Source of the DNA: Candidatus Gottesmanbacteria bacterium RIFCSPHIGHO2_01_FULL_46_14
Lineage (GTDB): Bacteria > Patescibacteriota > Microgenomatia > UBA10105 > UBA927
Length of the DNA stretch: 64,000 bases
Direction: 5' to 3'
Assembly: GCA_001780895.1 (NCBI GenBank)
Contig: MFJJ01000010.1
Coordinates: 898-64,897, forward strand
The notes under the pieces are model-generated. The model searched no databases and had not been told where the DNA came from. It saw only the letters and a program-made list of their open reading frames with translations. Every line of letters starts with the position of its first letter. The first letter of the stretch is position 1. Below, piece after piece: positions 34,074 to 43,128 of the stretch. The translations under genes were made by a program, and so were the position numbers.

Positions 34074-35933
34074 CTAAATGAGCATATCATCGGTATTAAA
34101 TCCGCGATCACTATCGAGGGAAACCTGAAAGTTAAGCGCGTGTTGGGGAATATCAGAGATAAACCGTGATATCATATTTTGTGTCCTTGTCCCAAAGAAA
34201 AGTCGTCTGTTTGCATAGGTGAAGTAGAGCTTTTCTTTTGCTCTGGTGATCCCGACGTAGCACAAACGTCGTTCCTCTTCCAATTCGTCACGTTCCAAAA
34301 GCACGCGGCTGTGTGGAAACAATCCTTCTTCCATTCCAACCATAAAGACGATCGGGAACTCTAATCCTTTTGCTGCATGTAAGGTCATGAGGGTTACGGC
34401 ATTTCTATCGTTGTTACGATGTTGTCGGGGTTGATACTCCCGCTCAACCAGTGCTACGGTTTCTAAGAATTCCTGGAGTTTTGAAAATTCCGTTGCCACA
34501 GATCGAAGTTCTTTAATGTTTTCAAGTCGTGATTGCTCTTCTTCAATGTTGGCGTCGTAAAGCTCAAGATAGCGGGTTGTTTGGAGAATCTGATCAAGAA
34601 GTTCTAGTGTGGTCAGCTCAATAAGTTTGTCATCTTTGGATACGGCATCAGCAAACCCCAAAAATTTTTCCAGTCTCCGTATCCCAAGTTTTTCCACCCG
34701 CCTGTAGGAAACGGTATCTTTGGGATTGGCAATCAAACGGAGATAGGCCAAGACATCCTTGATTTCTTTTCGTTCATAAAATCGGGTGCCGCCAACAAGT
34801 ACATACGGGATACCGGCGTGAAGAAACGTTTCCTCGAGTACTCGCGATTGGGCATTGGTACGGTACAAGATTGCACTATCAGTGAACGGGCGGTTGAATT
34901 GCAAGATCGTCTGAATGAGAAACGTCGCTTCATCGTGTTCGTTTCGTGCTTCGTAGAGAACGATTTGGTCACCGCCGTGTTTATCCGTCCATAATTTGAG
35001 AATTGGGTGAGACGTATTTTTAGAAATGACGCCAAATGCCGCATCAAGAATAGTTTGAGTGGACCGATAGTTTTGTTCTAAGTGAAAAACCTCTACATCA
35101 GGATGGTCTGTTTTGAAATTAACAATATTTCGGTAATCAGCCCCCCGCCAGCGATAAATGCTTTGCGATGCGTCACCCACGACACAAATATTTCGGTGTC
35201 TGGCAGATAAGAGCTTTGTCAACATGTATTGGGCGCGATTGGTGTCCTGGTATTCGTCAACGAGTACATAGCGATACTTTTCTTGATATTTGCCTAATAT
35301 TTGGGGTTCTTTTTCGAACAGTCGAACGGTGAGGCTCAAAAGATCATCAAAGTCAACAGCGGCATTGTCCCGGAGAAGTTGTTGATAAGCCATGTAGACG
35401 GTCGCCACCGTTTTCTGGAAATACCCGCGGGCGTACTGGGGGTATTGGGTGGCCCCAACAAGTTCATTTTTCGCCTGAGATATGGTATGGAGGATGGCGC
35501 CTGGATTGAAGTTTTTTGTCGAAATATCAAGTTTTTTCATGACGTCTTTAATGGCATCGGCTTGATCTTGTTCATCGTAAATGACGAAATTTGGTGCGAG
35601 CCCGATGGCGCCACCATCTGAGCGGAGGATCTTTACGCAAAGAGAATGGAATGTGCCGGCAAAGGGGAGTGAGGAGGTGTCCCCCAGTATTTTTTGTATT
35701 CTCTCCTTCATCGCACCCGCGGCTTTATTGGTAAACGTTACCATGAGAATATCGTCTGGCGATACGTGTTTGTGATTCATGAGATAGGCGACTTTGTAGG
35801 TAAGGACGCGGGTTTTACCGCTCCCGGCTCCGGCAAGAATGAGGATCGGGCCATCAGTTTGTTTGACCGCCTCTTGTTGGGCAGCATTGAGCTCATTGAG
35901 GAGAGAATCGACCATAACATATAATACTAGCAC
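34074..35933 (-). CDS. ATP-dependent DNA helicase, UvrD/PcrA family (short)
   Basis: AGAGSGKTRVL, DEYQDTN and GDASQSIYRWRGA motifs. 619 aa. The start may be MVDSLL at 35915. Confidence 0.75.
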   Translation of the reverse strand: MLVLYVMVDSLLNELNAAQQEAVKQTDGPILILAGAGSGKTRVLTYKVAYLMNHKHVSPDDILMVTFTNKAAGAMKERIQKILGDTSSLPFAGTFHSLCVKILRSDGGAIGLAPNFVIYDEQDQADAIKDVMKKLDISTKNFNPGAILHTISQAKNELVGATQYPQYARGYFQKTVATVYMAYQQLLRDNAAVDFDDLLSLTVRLFEKEPQILGKYQEKYRYVLVDEYQDTNRAQYMLTKLLSARHRNICVVGDASQSIYRWRGADYRNIVNFKTDHPDVEVFHLEQNYRSTQTILDAAFGVISKNTSHPILKLWTDKHGGDQIVLYEARNEHDEATFLIQTILQFNRPFTDSAILYRTNAQSRVLEETFLHAGIPYVLVGGTRFYERKEIKDVLAYLRLIANPKDTVSYRRVEKLGIRRLEKFLGFADAVSKDDKLIELTTLELLDQILQTTRYLELYDANIEEEQSRLENIKELRSVATEFSKLQEFLETVALVEREYQPRQHRNNDRNAVTLMTLHAAKGLEFPIVFMVGMEEGLFPHSRVLLERDELEEERRLCYVGITRAKEKLYFTYANRRLFFGTRTQNMISRFISDIPQHALNFQVSLDSDRGFNTDDMLI

Positions 35934-35934
35934 A

Positions 35935-36582
35935 ATGAAACCGGTCTATATCGTTGCCAACTGGAAGAGTAATAAAACAGTTGCGGAAACTCGTAGTTGG
36001 CTTGAGTCCTTTACATTGCCATCGAAAGACTGCACTGTTATTATTTGTGCACCTTTCACGCTACTCCATTTTTTGAACGAGCAAAAACTCCAGGTTCATT
36101 TGGGTGCTCAAGATGTCTCACCTTTTGGAGAAGGAGCGTACACAGGTGAAGTCAGCGCGAAGCAATTAAAAGAACTTGTTGAGTGGGTAATAATCGGACA
36201 CTCCGAACGAAGAAAATATTTAAAAGAGAGCGATGAGGAATTATCATTTGAAGTTTTGCAAGCAAAACAGGCGGGTCTCGGCGTTATTTTTTGTGTACCC
36301 GATGAGAATATTCATATTCCTCCCGGGGTAGAGGTTGTTGCATATGAACCCCAGGACGCTATCGGAACAGGAAAAAGTGAGGATCCAACGCGTATGAATG
36401 CTGTAATCGCGGGTTTAAAAAAGCGATCTAAATCTTTATACGGACTCTATGGAGGGAGCGTCACGCCCCAGAACGTCGCATCGTTTATAAAAGAGCCATC
36501 CATTGATGGAGTTCTTGTTGGAGGGGCGAGTCTGGATGCAGTAGCGTTTCAACAACTCATCGAAAATGCCTACCATTCATAA
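35935..36582 (+). CDS. tpiA: triosephosphate isomerase
   Basis: ANWKSNKT and IIGHSERR motifs. Start trimmed to MKPVYIV. Confidence 0.8.
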   Translation: MKPVYIVANWKSNKTVAETRSWLESFTLPSKDCTVIICAPFTLLHFLNEQKLQVHLGAQDVSPFGEGAYTGEVSAKQLKELVEWVIIGHSERRKYLKESDEELSFEVLQAKQAGLGVIFCVPDENIHIPPGVEVVAYEPQDAIGTGKSEDPTRMNAVIAGLKKRSKSLYGLYGGSVTPQNVASFIKEPSIDGVLVGGASLDAVAFQQLIENAYHS

Positions 36583-37576
36583 ATTTCGTCGTATGTATGG
36601 ATCAATAATAAAGCGCGTTATTTCAGTCGTTGTCGCCTTCCTCCTTCTGGTTGTTGTTACCAAAGTCGTTGTATGGAGTAAGCAGTTTATGGACGCTACC
36701 GGACTTACTCCAACAACACTTTTCCGTTTAGCGTTTGATACCGGTGTACCGCTCAATTCTTCAAACGGCCGGACCAATATTCTGATTCTTGGTATCGGTG
36801 GAGGAGTTCATGCGGGTGCGGATCTAACGGACACAATGATGGTTTTCTCTGTTGATGCCAACCAGAAGAGCATAGCGATGATTTCTCTGCCGCGCGATAT
36901 ATGGTCCGATACGTTGAAAGACAAAGTAAACAGCGCCTATCACTATGGGAAAGCCCCGCTTGCTAAAGTCATCACAAGCGAAGTGGTAGATCTTCCTATT
37001 CACTATGTTTTATTAATTGATTTTTCCGGGTTTGAAGATGTTATCGATCTCGTTGGGGGCGTAACCGTTGCGGTACCCAACGCGTTTACTGATCCGAATT
37101 TTCCCATTGCGGGTAGAGAGGAAGATTTTTGTAACGGCGACCCGGAGTATCGGTGTCGGTATGAGACTGTCTCTTTTGAACAAGGACTTCAGAATATGTC
37201 CGGAGAACGAGCGCTTACCTATGTGCGCAGTCGTCACGCAGAAGGGGAGGAGGGAAGTGATTTTGCCCGCAGCCGAAGGCAGCAGGATGTCATGGTAGCG
37301 CTCAAAGAGAAGATTATGCGGCCAGAAGTATATTTATCTCCAACGAAAGTCAGGGAACTCTTGAGGGCTTTTGATAACGCAACAGAAACTGATCTTCGTA
37401 TCGGTGAACTGGCTACGATTGCAAAAATCGTCTCGAGCATTCCCGGTGATCACATTCGTCGAATATCACTGGAAGACAAGCTCGACATTGCACCACTATG
37501 GCTCTATGGACGTTACGCATTGGTTCCCAAAGAATCGTGGGAAGCAATCCGCCAATACATTCGTTCACAACTATAG
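36566..37576 (+). CDS. LCP (LytR-CpsA-Psr) family cell-envelope phosphotransferase
   Basis: N-terminal TM helix, then ILILGIGGG...DTMMVFSVD...ISLPRD, which is typical of the LCP family. Confidence 0.65.
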   Translation: MPTIHKFRRMYGSIIKRVISVVVAFLLLVVVTKVVVWSKQFMDATGLTPTTLFRLAFDTGVPLNSSNGRTNILILGIGGGVHAGADLTDTMMVFSVDANQKSIAMISLPRDIWSDTLKDKVNSAYHYGKAPLAKVITSEVVDLPIHYVLLIDFSGFEDVIDLVGGVTVAVPNAFTDPNFPIAGREEDFCNGDPEYRCRYETVSFEQGLQNMSGERALTYVRSRHAEGEEGSDFARSRRQQDVMVALKEKIMRPEVYLSPTKVRELLRAFDNATETDLRIGELATIAKIVSSIPGDHIRRISLEDKLDIAPLWLYGRYALVPKESWEAIRQYIRSQL

Positions 37577-38140
37577 CGCTAACCCGAGAAGAACAAGAAG
37601 ACTGCCGATTGTGATGACAGAAATCCCTACGGCACCGGGACCAATTCCGGAAACCGGTACCTTGGGGGTTGATTGGGCTGGCGGAGTGCCTTGGGTAACG
37701 GGTGGAGTACACGAGCAATCTACTTCATCGGTACACGATGAGTTTCTGCATGCTCCATCACTACAGGTGAGATTGCTTGGGCACTCACTATCAGAAGCAC
37801 AAATTGCATTACATTGAGATATTGGTGTTGGAGAGGGTCCCGGAGATGAGGTTGGTGTGATTGTCGGCGTTGGTGTGTTGGTTGGTGTTAACGTTGGTGT
37901 TAGGCTAGGTGTGGCTGTTGCGGTCGGAGTAGGAGTACCTGTTTGTGTTGGTGTTGGTGAGGATAGCGCAAAGGTCAGTGTACATGCAGGAGCGACTGCT
38001 TGGGGAGCCACTTCAGGCACAGTAGGGGCAACAGGAGTTTTTTTGCTTAGCTGTTGACTTGTCAGAAAAACCATTACGGCTAAGCCAACGGTAATGATTC
38101 CCAATAATAATACGTACCAGTATCGTTTAAAGAAGTTCAT
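37571..38140 (-). CDS. Pro/Thr-rich cell-surface protein with Cys-rich module and C-terminal TM anchor
   Basis: Signal/TM segment, (PT)n linker, Cys-rich block, C-terminal hydrophobic helix. Confidence 0.4.
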   Translation of the reverse strand: MNFFKRYWYVLLLGIITVGLAVMVFLTSQQLSKKTPVAPTVPEVAPQAVAPACTLTFALSSPTPTQTGTPTPTATATPSLTPTLTPTNTPTPTITPTSSPGPSPTPISQCNAICASDSECPSNLTCSDGACRNSSCTDEVDCSCTPPVTQGTPPAQSTPKVPVSGIGPGAVGISVITIGSLLVLLGLAL

Positions 38141-38143
38141 AGG

Positions 38144-39274
38144 TTATTTCCAATTGCCATTGATGAATACCTCTGCTTCAAATGAAGCCTGCGCTTGGGT
38201 AATGGCTGATGGGATATTGATGGCTAGTCGGTATTCGTTGTTTGTCGTAAGTGCCGGATTATTCTCTGCAAACTGGGTGATTCCCTGAATACGGAATCTT
38301 GCTTTTGTTGTAGCAGTTCCTCTGGGTGTTGCCAGTGTCACCGTCTCTCCAGCAGACAGTCTTCGTGTTCCGTTTCGGAGAGCTTCGGTTATATTCGTAT
38401 CACTTGCGTCGTAGACCCGGATCGCTTGGCACTGTCCGCCGGGACGATGCGTGGGCGTTGGCGTGTTCTCTCCGCTGGGTGGAGGATTGGTCTCGCCTCC
38501 GGGTGGTGGCGGTTGACTTGTTCCGGGAGGAGTGCTTGCTGTCGGTGCAGCCGCGCAGTTCGTTGGGTAACAGGTCATGCCGGATCCGTTTGGCGTATCC
38601 AACTGGACAAATGCGCAGTATTGATTTGCGATAGAAACGCAGTCTACGTTACCACTCCTTGTTTCTACAGAATTGATACAAATGGGTCCTGGGCCGCGTC
38701 CAGTTGGGCCATCTTTACATACATTGATCGTAACTTGTCCGTGACACTCGAGACCGCTTGCGCCTGTATCAGATGTAGTTCCTAGATAATCATCACAGTC
38801 TTTTCCTTTGGACGTATGAATACCACTATTGTTTCCAAATGGACTTGTGCCTGAGGTGACCGGCCGGAGATTTTTATCCAGTTGAATACGATCGGCGTTA
38901 CGTTCGCCATTGATTAGGTCGCCTCCGCGATTTTTGGCATCGATGGCGGCAATATCACTCCGATTAACGTTGTTTCTCTCGCCAGCTAAGCGGATGATTT
39001 CTACTGGTCGGTCCGGCGGCTGGGAGCTGTCGTTGGATTCGTTGCGCTGGGTATATTCCGGTTGTTGGGGTGGCTTATCGATATTTTCCGGTTGACGTGC
39101 CTCATACCAGCCGGTGACCCATTGCTCCGGCGTGCTACAGCTGCCGGGATTGACATTACACATGTTATCCGCCGCAAAAGCGACGGATGCTCTCTGATGC
39201 CACAATGTGAAGGAAAAAAATATCAAGGTACTAACGCAGAAGATACGACGTTTCATAGCGATATTATTGGGCAA
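38144..39274 (-). CDS. secreted Cys-rich hypothetical protein
   Basis: Signal peptide. 376 aa. Lies in the pilus-associated operon. Confidence 0.3.
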   Translation of the reverse strand: MPNNIAMKRRIFCVSTLIFFSFTLWHQRASVAFAADNMCNVNPGSCSTPEQWVTGWYEARQPENIDKPPQQPEYTQRNESNDSSQPPDRPVEIIRLAGERNNVNRSDIAAIDAKNRGGDLINGERNADRIQLDKNLRPVTSGTSPFGNNSGIHTSKGKDCDDYLGTTSDTGASGLECHGQVTINVCKDGPTGRGPGPICINSVETRSGNVDCVSIANQYCAFVQLDTPNGSGMTCYPTNCAAAPTASTPPGTSQPPPPGGETNPPPSGENTPTPTHRPGGQCQAIRVYDASDTNITEALRNGTRRLSAGETVTLATPRGTATTKARFRIQGITQFAENNPALTTNNEYRLAINIPSAITQAQASFEAEVFINGNWK

Positions 39275-40166
39275 CGGTTACTGTTGGTATTTGGTCCGCT
39301 GATGCGCTTCCAACTTTTTGTTCTGTGAGTGTTTTGCCAAGCCGATCGACGACTTCTACGAGATAGCCGTCAGATGAGGCTGGGATTTGCGCGTCAATAA
39401 GCGAAACATCCACGCTATAGACACCCTGTTGATCCGTTTTGGATGCAATAGGGAAGTAAAACCTGTCGGTCAGTAATGGGGAAATCACGACAAACACATC
39501 TTTGAGTGGTTGGCCGCCTGATGTAACTATCGTGCCTTCTACAAATCTGGAGGGAGGTTTCCTCTCGTCAAAGAGACCACTTATAACTGTTGCTCCAAAG
39601 AACGGATGGAGGGATATTTTCTGTCCTCCTTGGGCAGATAGTTCATGGGGCGTATACGGATCGAGGTTGGTTAGGGTGATCAAATGCATGCGAGAGAGAG
39701 TGTCGTCACATGCTTTTGTTTCTTTTTTCGTTTGTGTATTTTTTGCCATGGCGCACCCTTTTGAGTCCGCCTGTTCTTTCCAGATAACAGAGAGCGAAGT
39801 TTTATCCAGATTTGCGATATATAACTTGCTTTCTGATGTAACATATGCGGCTTTACTTCGCGTGTCGGCAAGCTGGCGCTGCTGCGAAACGAAGTAAACT
39901 GCTAGGGGAATAGTAAGAAGTAAAAATAGAAGCGATGCAACGATGATATTCATTCGGGAAAACCGTGATTTTTTGGGAAGAGGTGACGACGGAGGGGGCG
40001 GCGGCGGCGTATCAAGGACGGCATTCATTATGTCATCGGCGGGTTGAGAAGGCGGAGGAAGTACCGCTTCTTCCTTAAGCAGCGGTGCGTCTTGTAATTT
40101 TTGGGCAGCGTCAGCAATATCAATCATTCTTCTTCTACTGTAGAGTACTTTGGAACTAGTCGTCAA
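39264..40166 (-). CDS. hypothetical membrane-anchored protein with Pro-rich N-terminal region
   Basis: TM helix near residue 80, followed by beta-rich sequence. Confidence 0.3.
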   Translation of the reverse strand: MTTSSKVLYSRRRMIDIADAAQKLQDAPLLKEEAVLPPPSQPADDIMNAVLDTPPPPPPSSPLPKKSRFSRMNIIVASLLFLLLTIPLAVYFVSQQRQLADTRSKAAYVTSESKLYIANLDKTSLSVIWKEQADSKGCAMAKNTQTKKETKACDDTLSRMHLITLTNLDPYTPHELSAQGGQKISLHPFFGATVISGLFDERKPPSRFVEGTIVTSGGQPLKDVFVVISPLLTDRFYFPIASKTDQQGVYSVDVSLIDAQIPASSDGYLVEVVDRLGKTLTEQKVGSASADQIPTVTVAQ

Positions 40167-40169
40167 GCA

Positions 40170-41387
40170 TTACAGAGCCAGAAGTGTACCACCTGCGACC
40201 AAGAGTCCAAAGCCAATAAACACGATAATGAGCGTTGGAAGTATCGATCCGCTCGTTGGTATTGGCTCTCCAGCAAGTGTTGATGTTGGTGTTGGTTCGA
40301 GCGTTGCTGACGGGGTCGCATCACCCAGAACCTGTGTTCCGCTTTTGAGTATTTCAAAAAGATGGGTAATTGCAATCGTTTTTCCAGAAGAATCTTGGGT
40401 TGTCATCGTGACGCTCTGTTTTCCGATTCCAAGGTTTTTTATTGGTGTATACCGCCAAATTCCGTCAGTGCCGACGATAGTCGTGTCGCTATATGGGTTG
40501 GTAATACCCAGTGTGAGTACGACTGTTTTTTCGGGAATTCCTGTTCCATGAATGAGAGGTGTTGTCCCGGGAATTGCTGATCCTTCTTGGGGAGCGACAA
40601 GAGATACCGTGGATGTACCAAGAACAGTGGGTTGCTTGGGCACTTGTGCCTGTTGTTTGCGGAAATCATAAGATTTGCCAATAGTCATGACAGGGACCGG
40701 TGAATCGTTGAGCGTATCCGTAATGGCTTGCGTTTCCTCTTTCCCCGCGACGCGGACACCAATATTTTCCGTCATGCGTTGGGTTGTTCTTAGGTAGTGC
40801 GTTTCGTCGCTGGTTCTTAGGCGATTGAGTGGGATAAGCCACGAACCCGATGGGCTGACGAACGTTGATAGCGTCTGTCCGCCTTCTACAGTTACATACA
40901 CGAGCGCTCCGATCGCCGGTTGATTGGTATCTGAAAGAACACTTCCGTAGGACGGGCCCAAGGCATTATTTTCCGAGGGTAGGAGCGAGGGGCCGGTAGA
41001 GACTGATTGGGAAGGGGATTGAGCTTTTTTTCCGTCGGAGCGAATAGTTAGCTGATATTGAGTGTCAGCAGTCAGATCGCGTACGGTCACGTGATGGGTT
41101 GTCGTCGGGATTTTTTTAGTAGGTGTGTCCCGATCATCCAACGCAGTACGGGAGCTCATGTTTCCTCCTGATACCAAAACGTCACCGACTACAGGAGACT
41201 GTGTGGTCCACGATAGAGAAAAAGAAACGTCGGTACTATTGGTGATTTTAATATTTTCCGCGTTTATTTCGGTTCGTGCAAAAAGAGTAGACATGGCTGG
41301 CACGCGTTCACCAAAAAAAATTATCCCGCTTACGAGGATTGCGGCAATGAGTAGTCCGGCGATGGTGGGTATTTTGGTTTGTGGCAT
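40170..41387 (-). CDS. secreted protein with fibronectin-III-like and Ig-like domains, TM segments at both ends
   Basis: FN3-like VSFSLSWTT...YQLTIRS pattern. 405 aa. Immediately downstream of pilO. Confidence 0.35.
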   Translation of the reverse strand: MPQTKIPTIAGLLIAAILVSGIIFFGERVPAMSTLFARTEINAENIKITNSTDVSFSLSWTTQSPVVGDVLVSGGNMSSRTALDDRDTPTKKIPTTTHHVTVRDLTADTQYQLTIRSDGKKAQSPSQSVSTGPSLLPSENNALGPSYGSVLSDTNQPAIGALVYVTVEGGQTLSTFVSPSGSWLIPLNRLRTSDETHYLRTTQRMTENIGVRVAGKEETQAITDTLNDSPVPVMTIGKSYDFRKQQAQVPKQPTVLGTSTVSLVAPQEGSAIPGTTPLIHGTGIPEKTVVLTLGITNPYSDTTIVGTDGIWRYTPIKNLGIGKQSVTMTTQDSSGKTIAITHLFEILKSGTQVLGDATPSATLEPTPTSTLAGEPIPTSGSILPTLIIVFIGFGLLVAGGTLLAL

Positions 41388-41389
41388 AC

Positions 41390-41584
41390 TTAGTATATTT
41401 TTCGCTTTACGATTTCTGTTAGTATGTCTGCATCAATGGTCGGTGAGAACGGCGTGATAACCTGCGCTACAGTTGAACTGACCGTTGTGGTTTTGACTGT
41501 TTTGACAAACTCAAAGAAAACCCACAAACTGACGGTGAGAAACGTAAATACCGAAATAAGCACGATATCGCGATCACTGTTCAT
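41390..41584 (-). CDS. hypothetical small membrane protein
   Basis: 64 aa with a single TM helix. Confidence 0.25.
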   Translation of the reverse strand: MNSDRDIVLISVFTFLTVSLWVFFEFVKTVKTTTVSSTVAQVITPFSPTIDADILTEIVKRKIY

Positions 41585-42230
41585 TGATTTTTTCAGGTAA
41601 ATAATACGCGCGAAGTTTCATAGTGAGTTGGAGCGGTCCGTTTGCCGATTCATTTCGCCCCGACGAGCTGGGTGAAAAATTAATTTTCTCCACAGTGATT
41701 ATTCTACGCATATCTATCATACCATTCAAGAATGCTTGGAGCTGTTCAAATGTACCGGTAAGAGTCATTCCAAACGACAATTCATACGGAGTGCCCGGTT
41801 TTTGTGCTACACTCGCCGATACAGTAGCACCGGTTACCGAAACATCAGAAACACGGACTGCGGAGATAGAAGCCTGAGTAACTCCTGCTAGAGCGTTCAA
41901 TTGACTCATGATCCGGATGATATCCGGTGTTGAAGGAAGGGCTTGGGAGAGCAATGGAAGATTTGGTTCGATTTGGGTGAGGTTATTTTGTGCTTCGATG
42001 AGTGCGGTGATTTTTTCCTCCATTTTTTGGTTTACCTCTGTTTTGTCTTTTATCTCCCGGCGCAGATAGAGAATAGTTTGCAGTGTCGGACGTATTGCGT
42101 ACCAGGCAAATAACGATATGGATAAAAAGGTAAAGGCGATGGTAGTATAGAGATGGGTATTGGGACGCTTGCGCATCTCCGTGACAATTTGATAATACCG
42201 ATGATATTGCTGGTAATCAATTTTTTTCAT
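41574..42230 (-). CDS. pilO: type IV pilus assembly protein PilO-like
   Basis: N-terminal TM helix, coiled coil, and a C-terminal PilO-like domain. Adjacent to a PilN-like gene. Confidence 0.45.
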   Translation of the reverse strand: MKKIDYQQYHRYYQIVTEMRKRPNTHLYTTIAFTFLSISLFAWYAIRPTLQTILYLRREIKDKTEVNQKMEEKITALIEAQNNLTQIEPNLPLLSQALPSTPDIIRIMSQLNALAGVTQASISAVRVSDVSVTGATVSASVAQKPGTPYELSFGMTLTGTFEQLQAFLNGMIDMRRIITVEKINFSPSSSGRNESANGPLQLTMKLRAYYLPEKINEQ

Positions 42231-42826
42231 GGATTTCGTTTCGGTTGGGGTGTAGACCCGATTTCAACGGTAAGATCAAATTGCGACCCTCCCATTTTTC
42301 CGGTCGTGATATCTCCAATGGTGACAGAAGAAACATGAGGGTTTGCTTTGAGATTGGTAAGAAGGGATGATACACCTTGTGTTGTACCTACAATAACAGA
42401 CATTTTCGCCTCCTTTTCTGATATATCCAGTGATTCTAAATATGCGTCAGGGGGAAGCGCATTTTGAATATCCCGTAGCGTTGTAATGGGCTCTGCCTGA
42501 TTGGTGATAAGCGTTCTGATGGTAGTGAGTTTTTGCTGAACCAAACGTATTTGTTGTTCGAGACTATTATTTGTTTCGATAATCGCTTGTTTTTGAGTGA
42601 TTTCTTCTTTGAGATCAGTGAGCTTGCGATCGAGACTAAAGCGTGAAATAAAAGCAAGAAGTACGATAATTTCTGTGAGGATCATGATATAGCGGCCATA
42701 CGTCGTGGCCCACGTAACAATCCGGCCGATTGGGGTGCGGGAGAAATCACCCTCTCCAATGAGGTTTATATCGATGCGCGAGAATTTCGTGGCAGGCATG
42801 GTATTAGTATAACGCCAATTAGACAA
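42227..42826 (-). CDS. pilN: type IV pilus assembly protein PilN-like
   Basis: INLIGE near the N-terminus resembles the INLLP motif. TM helix and coiled coil. ATGA overlap with pilO. Confidence 0.45.
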   Translation of the reverse strand: MSNWRYTNTMPATKFSRIDINLIGEGDFSRTPIGRIVTWATTYGRYIMILTEIIVLLAFISRFSLDRKLTDLKEEITQKQAIIETNNSLEQQIRLVQQKLTTIRTLITNQAEPITTLRDIQNALPPDAYLESLDISEKEAKMSVIVGTTQGVSSLLTNLKANPHVSSVTIGDITTGKMGGSQFDLTVEIGSTPQPKRNP

Positions 42827-43058
42827 ATTTGGCTAATTTGGAGAGTCGGGTTTTGAGGCGAGCAGAAGTATTTTTATGGATCACATGTCTATTGGTTGCT
42901 TTATCAAGCATCATGAATGCTTTCGCCAGATTCTTCGCGTTTGGAGATTTTCGTACGAGTTTGACCGCGCTCCGAACCGACTCCCGAGTATTTGCATTAC
43001 GATCAGTTCTCCTTCTGTCGCTGCGCATTTTCTTGATTGCTTGTTTCGTAATTGGCAT
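42819..43058 (-). CDS. rpsT: 30S ribosomal protein S20
   Basis: 79 aa, basic and helical, with AIKKMRSDRRR...ARLKTRLSKLAK. Confidence 0.7.
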   Translation of the reverse strand: MPITKQAIKKMRSDRRRTDRNANTRESVRSAVKLVRKSPNAKNLAKAFMMLDKATNRHVIHKNTSARLKTRLSKLAKFV

Positions 43059-43128
43059 GGCTGGTAAAGGAGTATAGCATAAAACGGCCAGTGTCGAAAG
43101 GGCGCGCTGCCTTGTATAATGGGTAATA

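Noticed and set aside
37850-37990. Nucleotide-level tandem repeats (GGTGTTGGTGTT..., also 45240-45500)
   Set aside because: These are the coding sequence for (Pro-Thr)n linkers in surface proteins, not noncoding satellite or CRISPR-like repeats.
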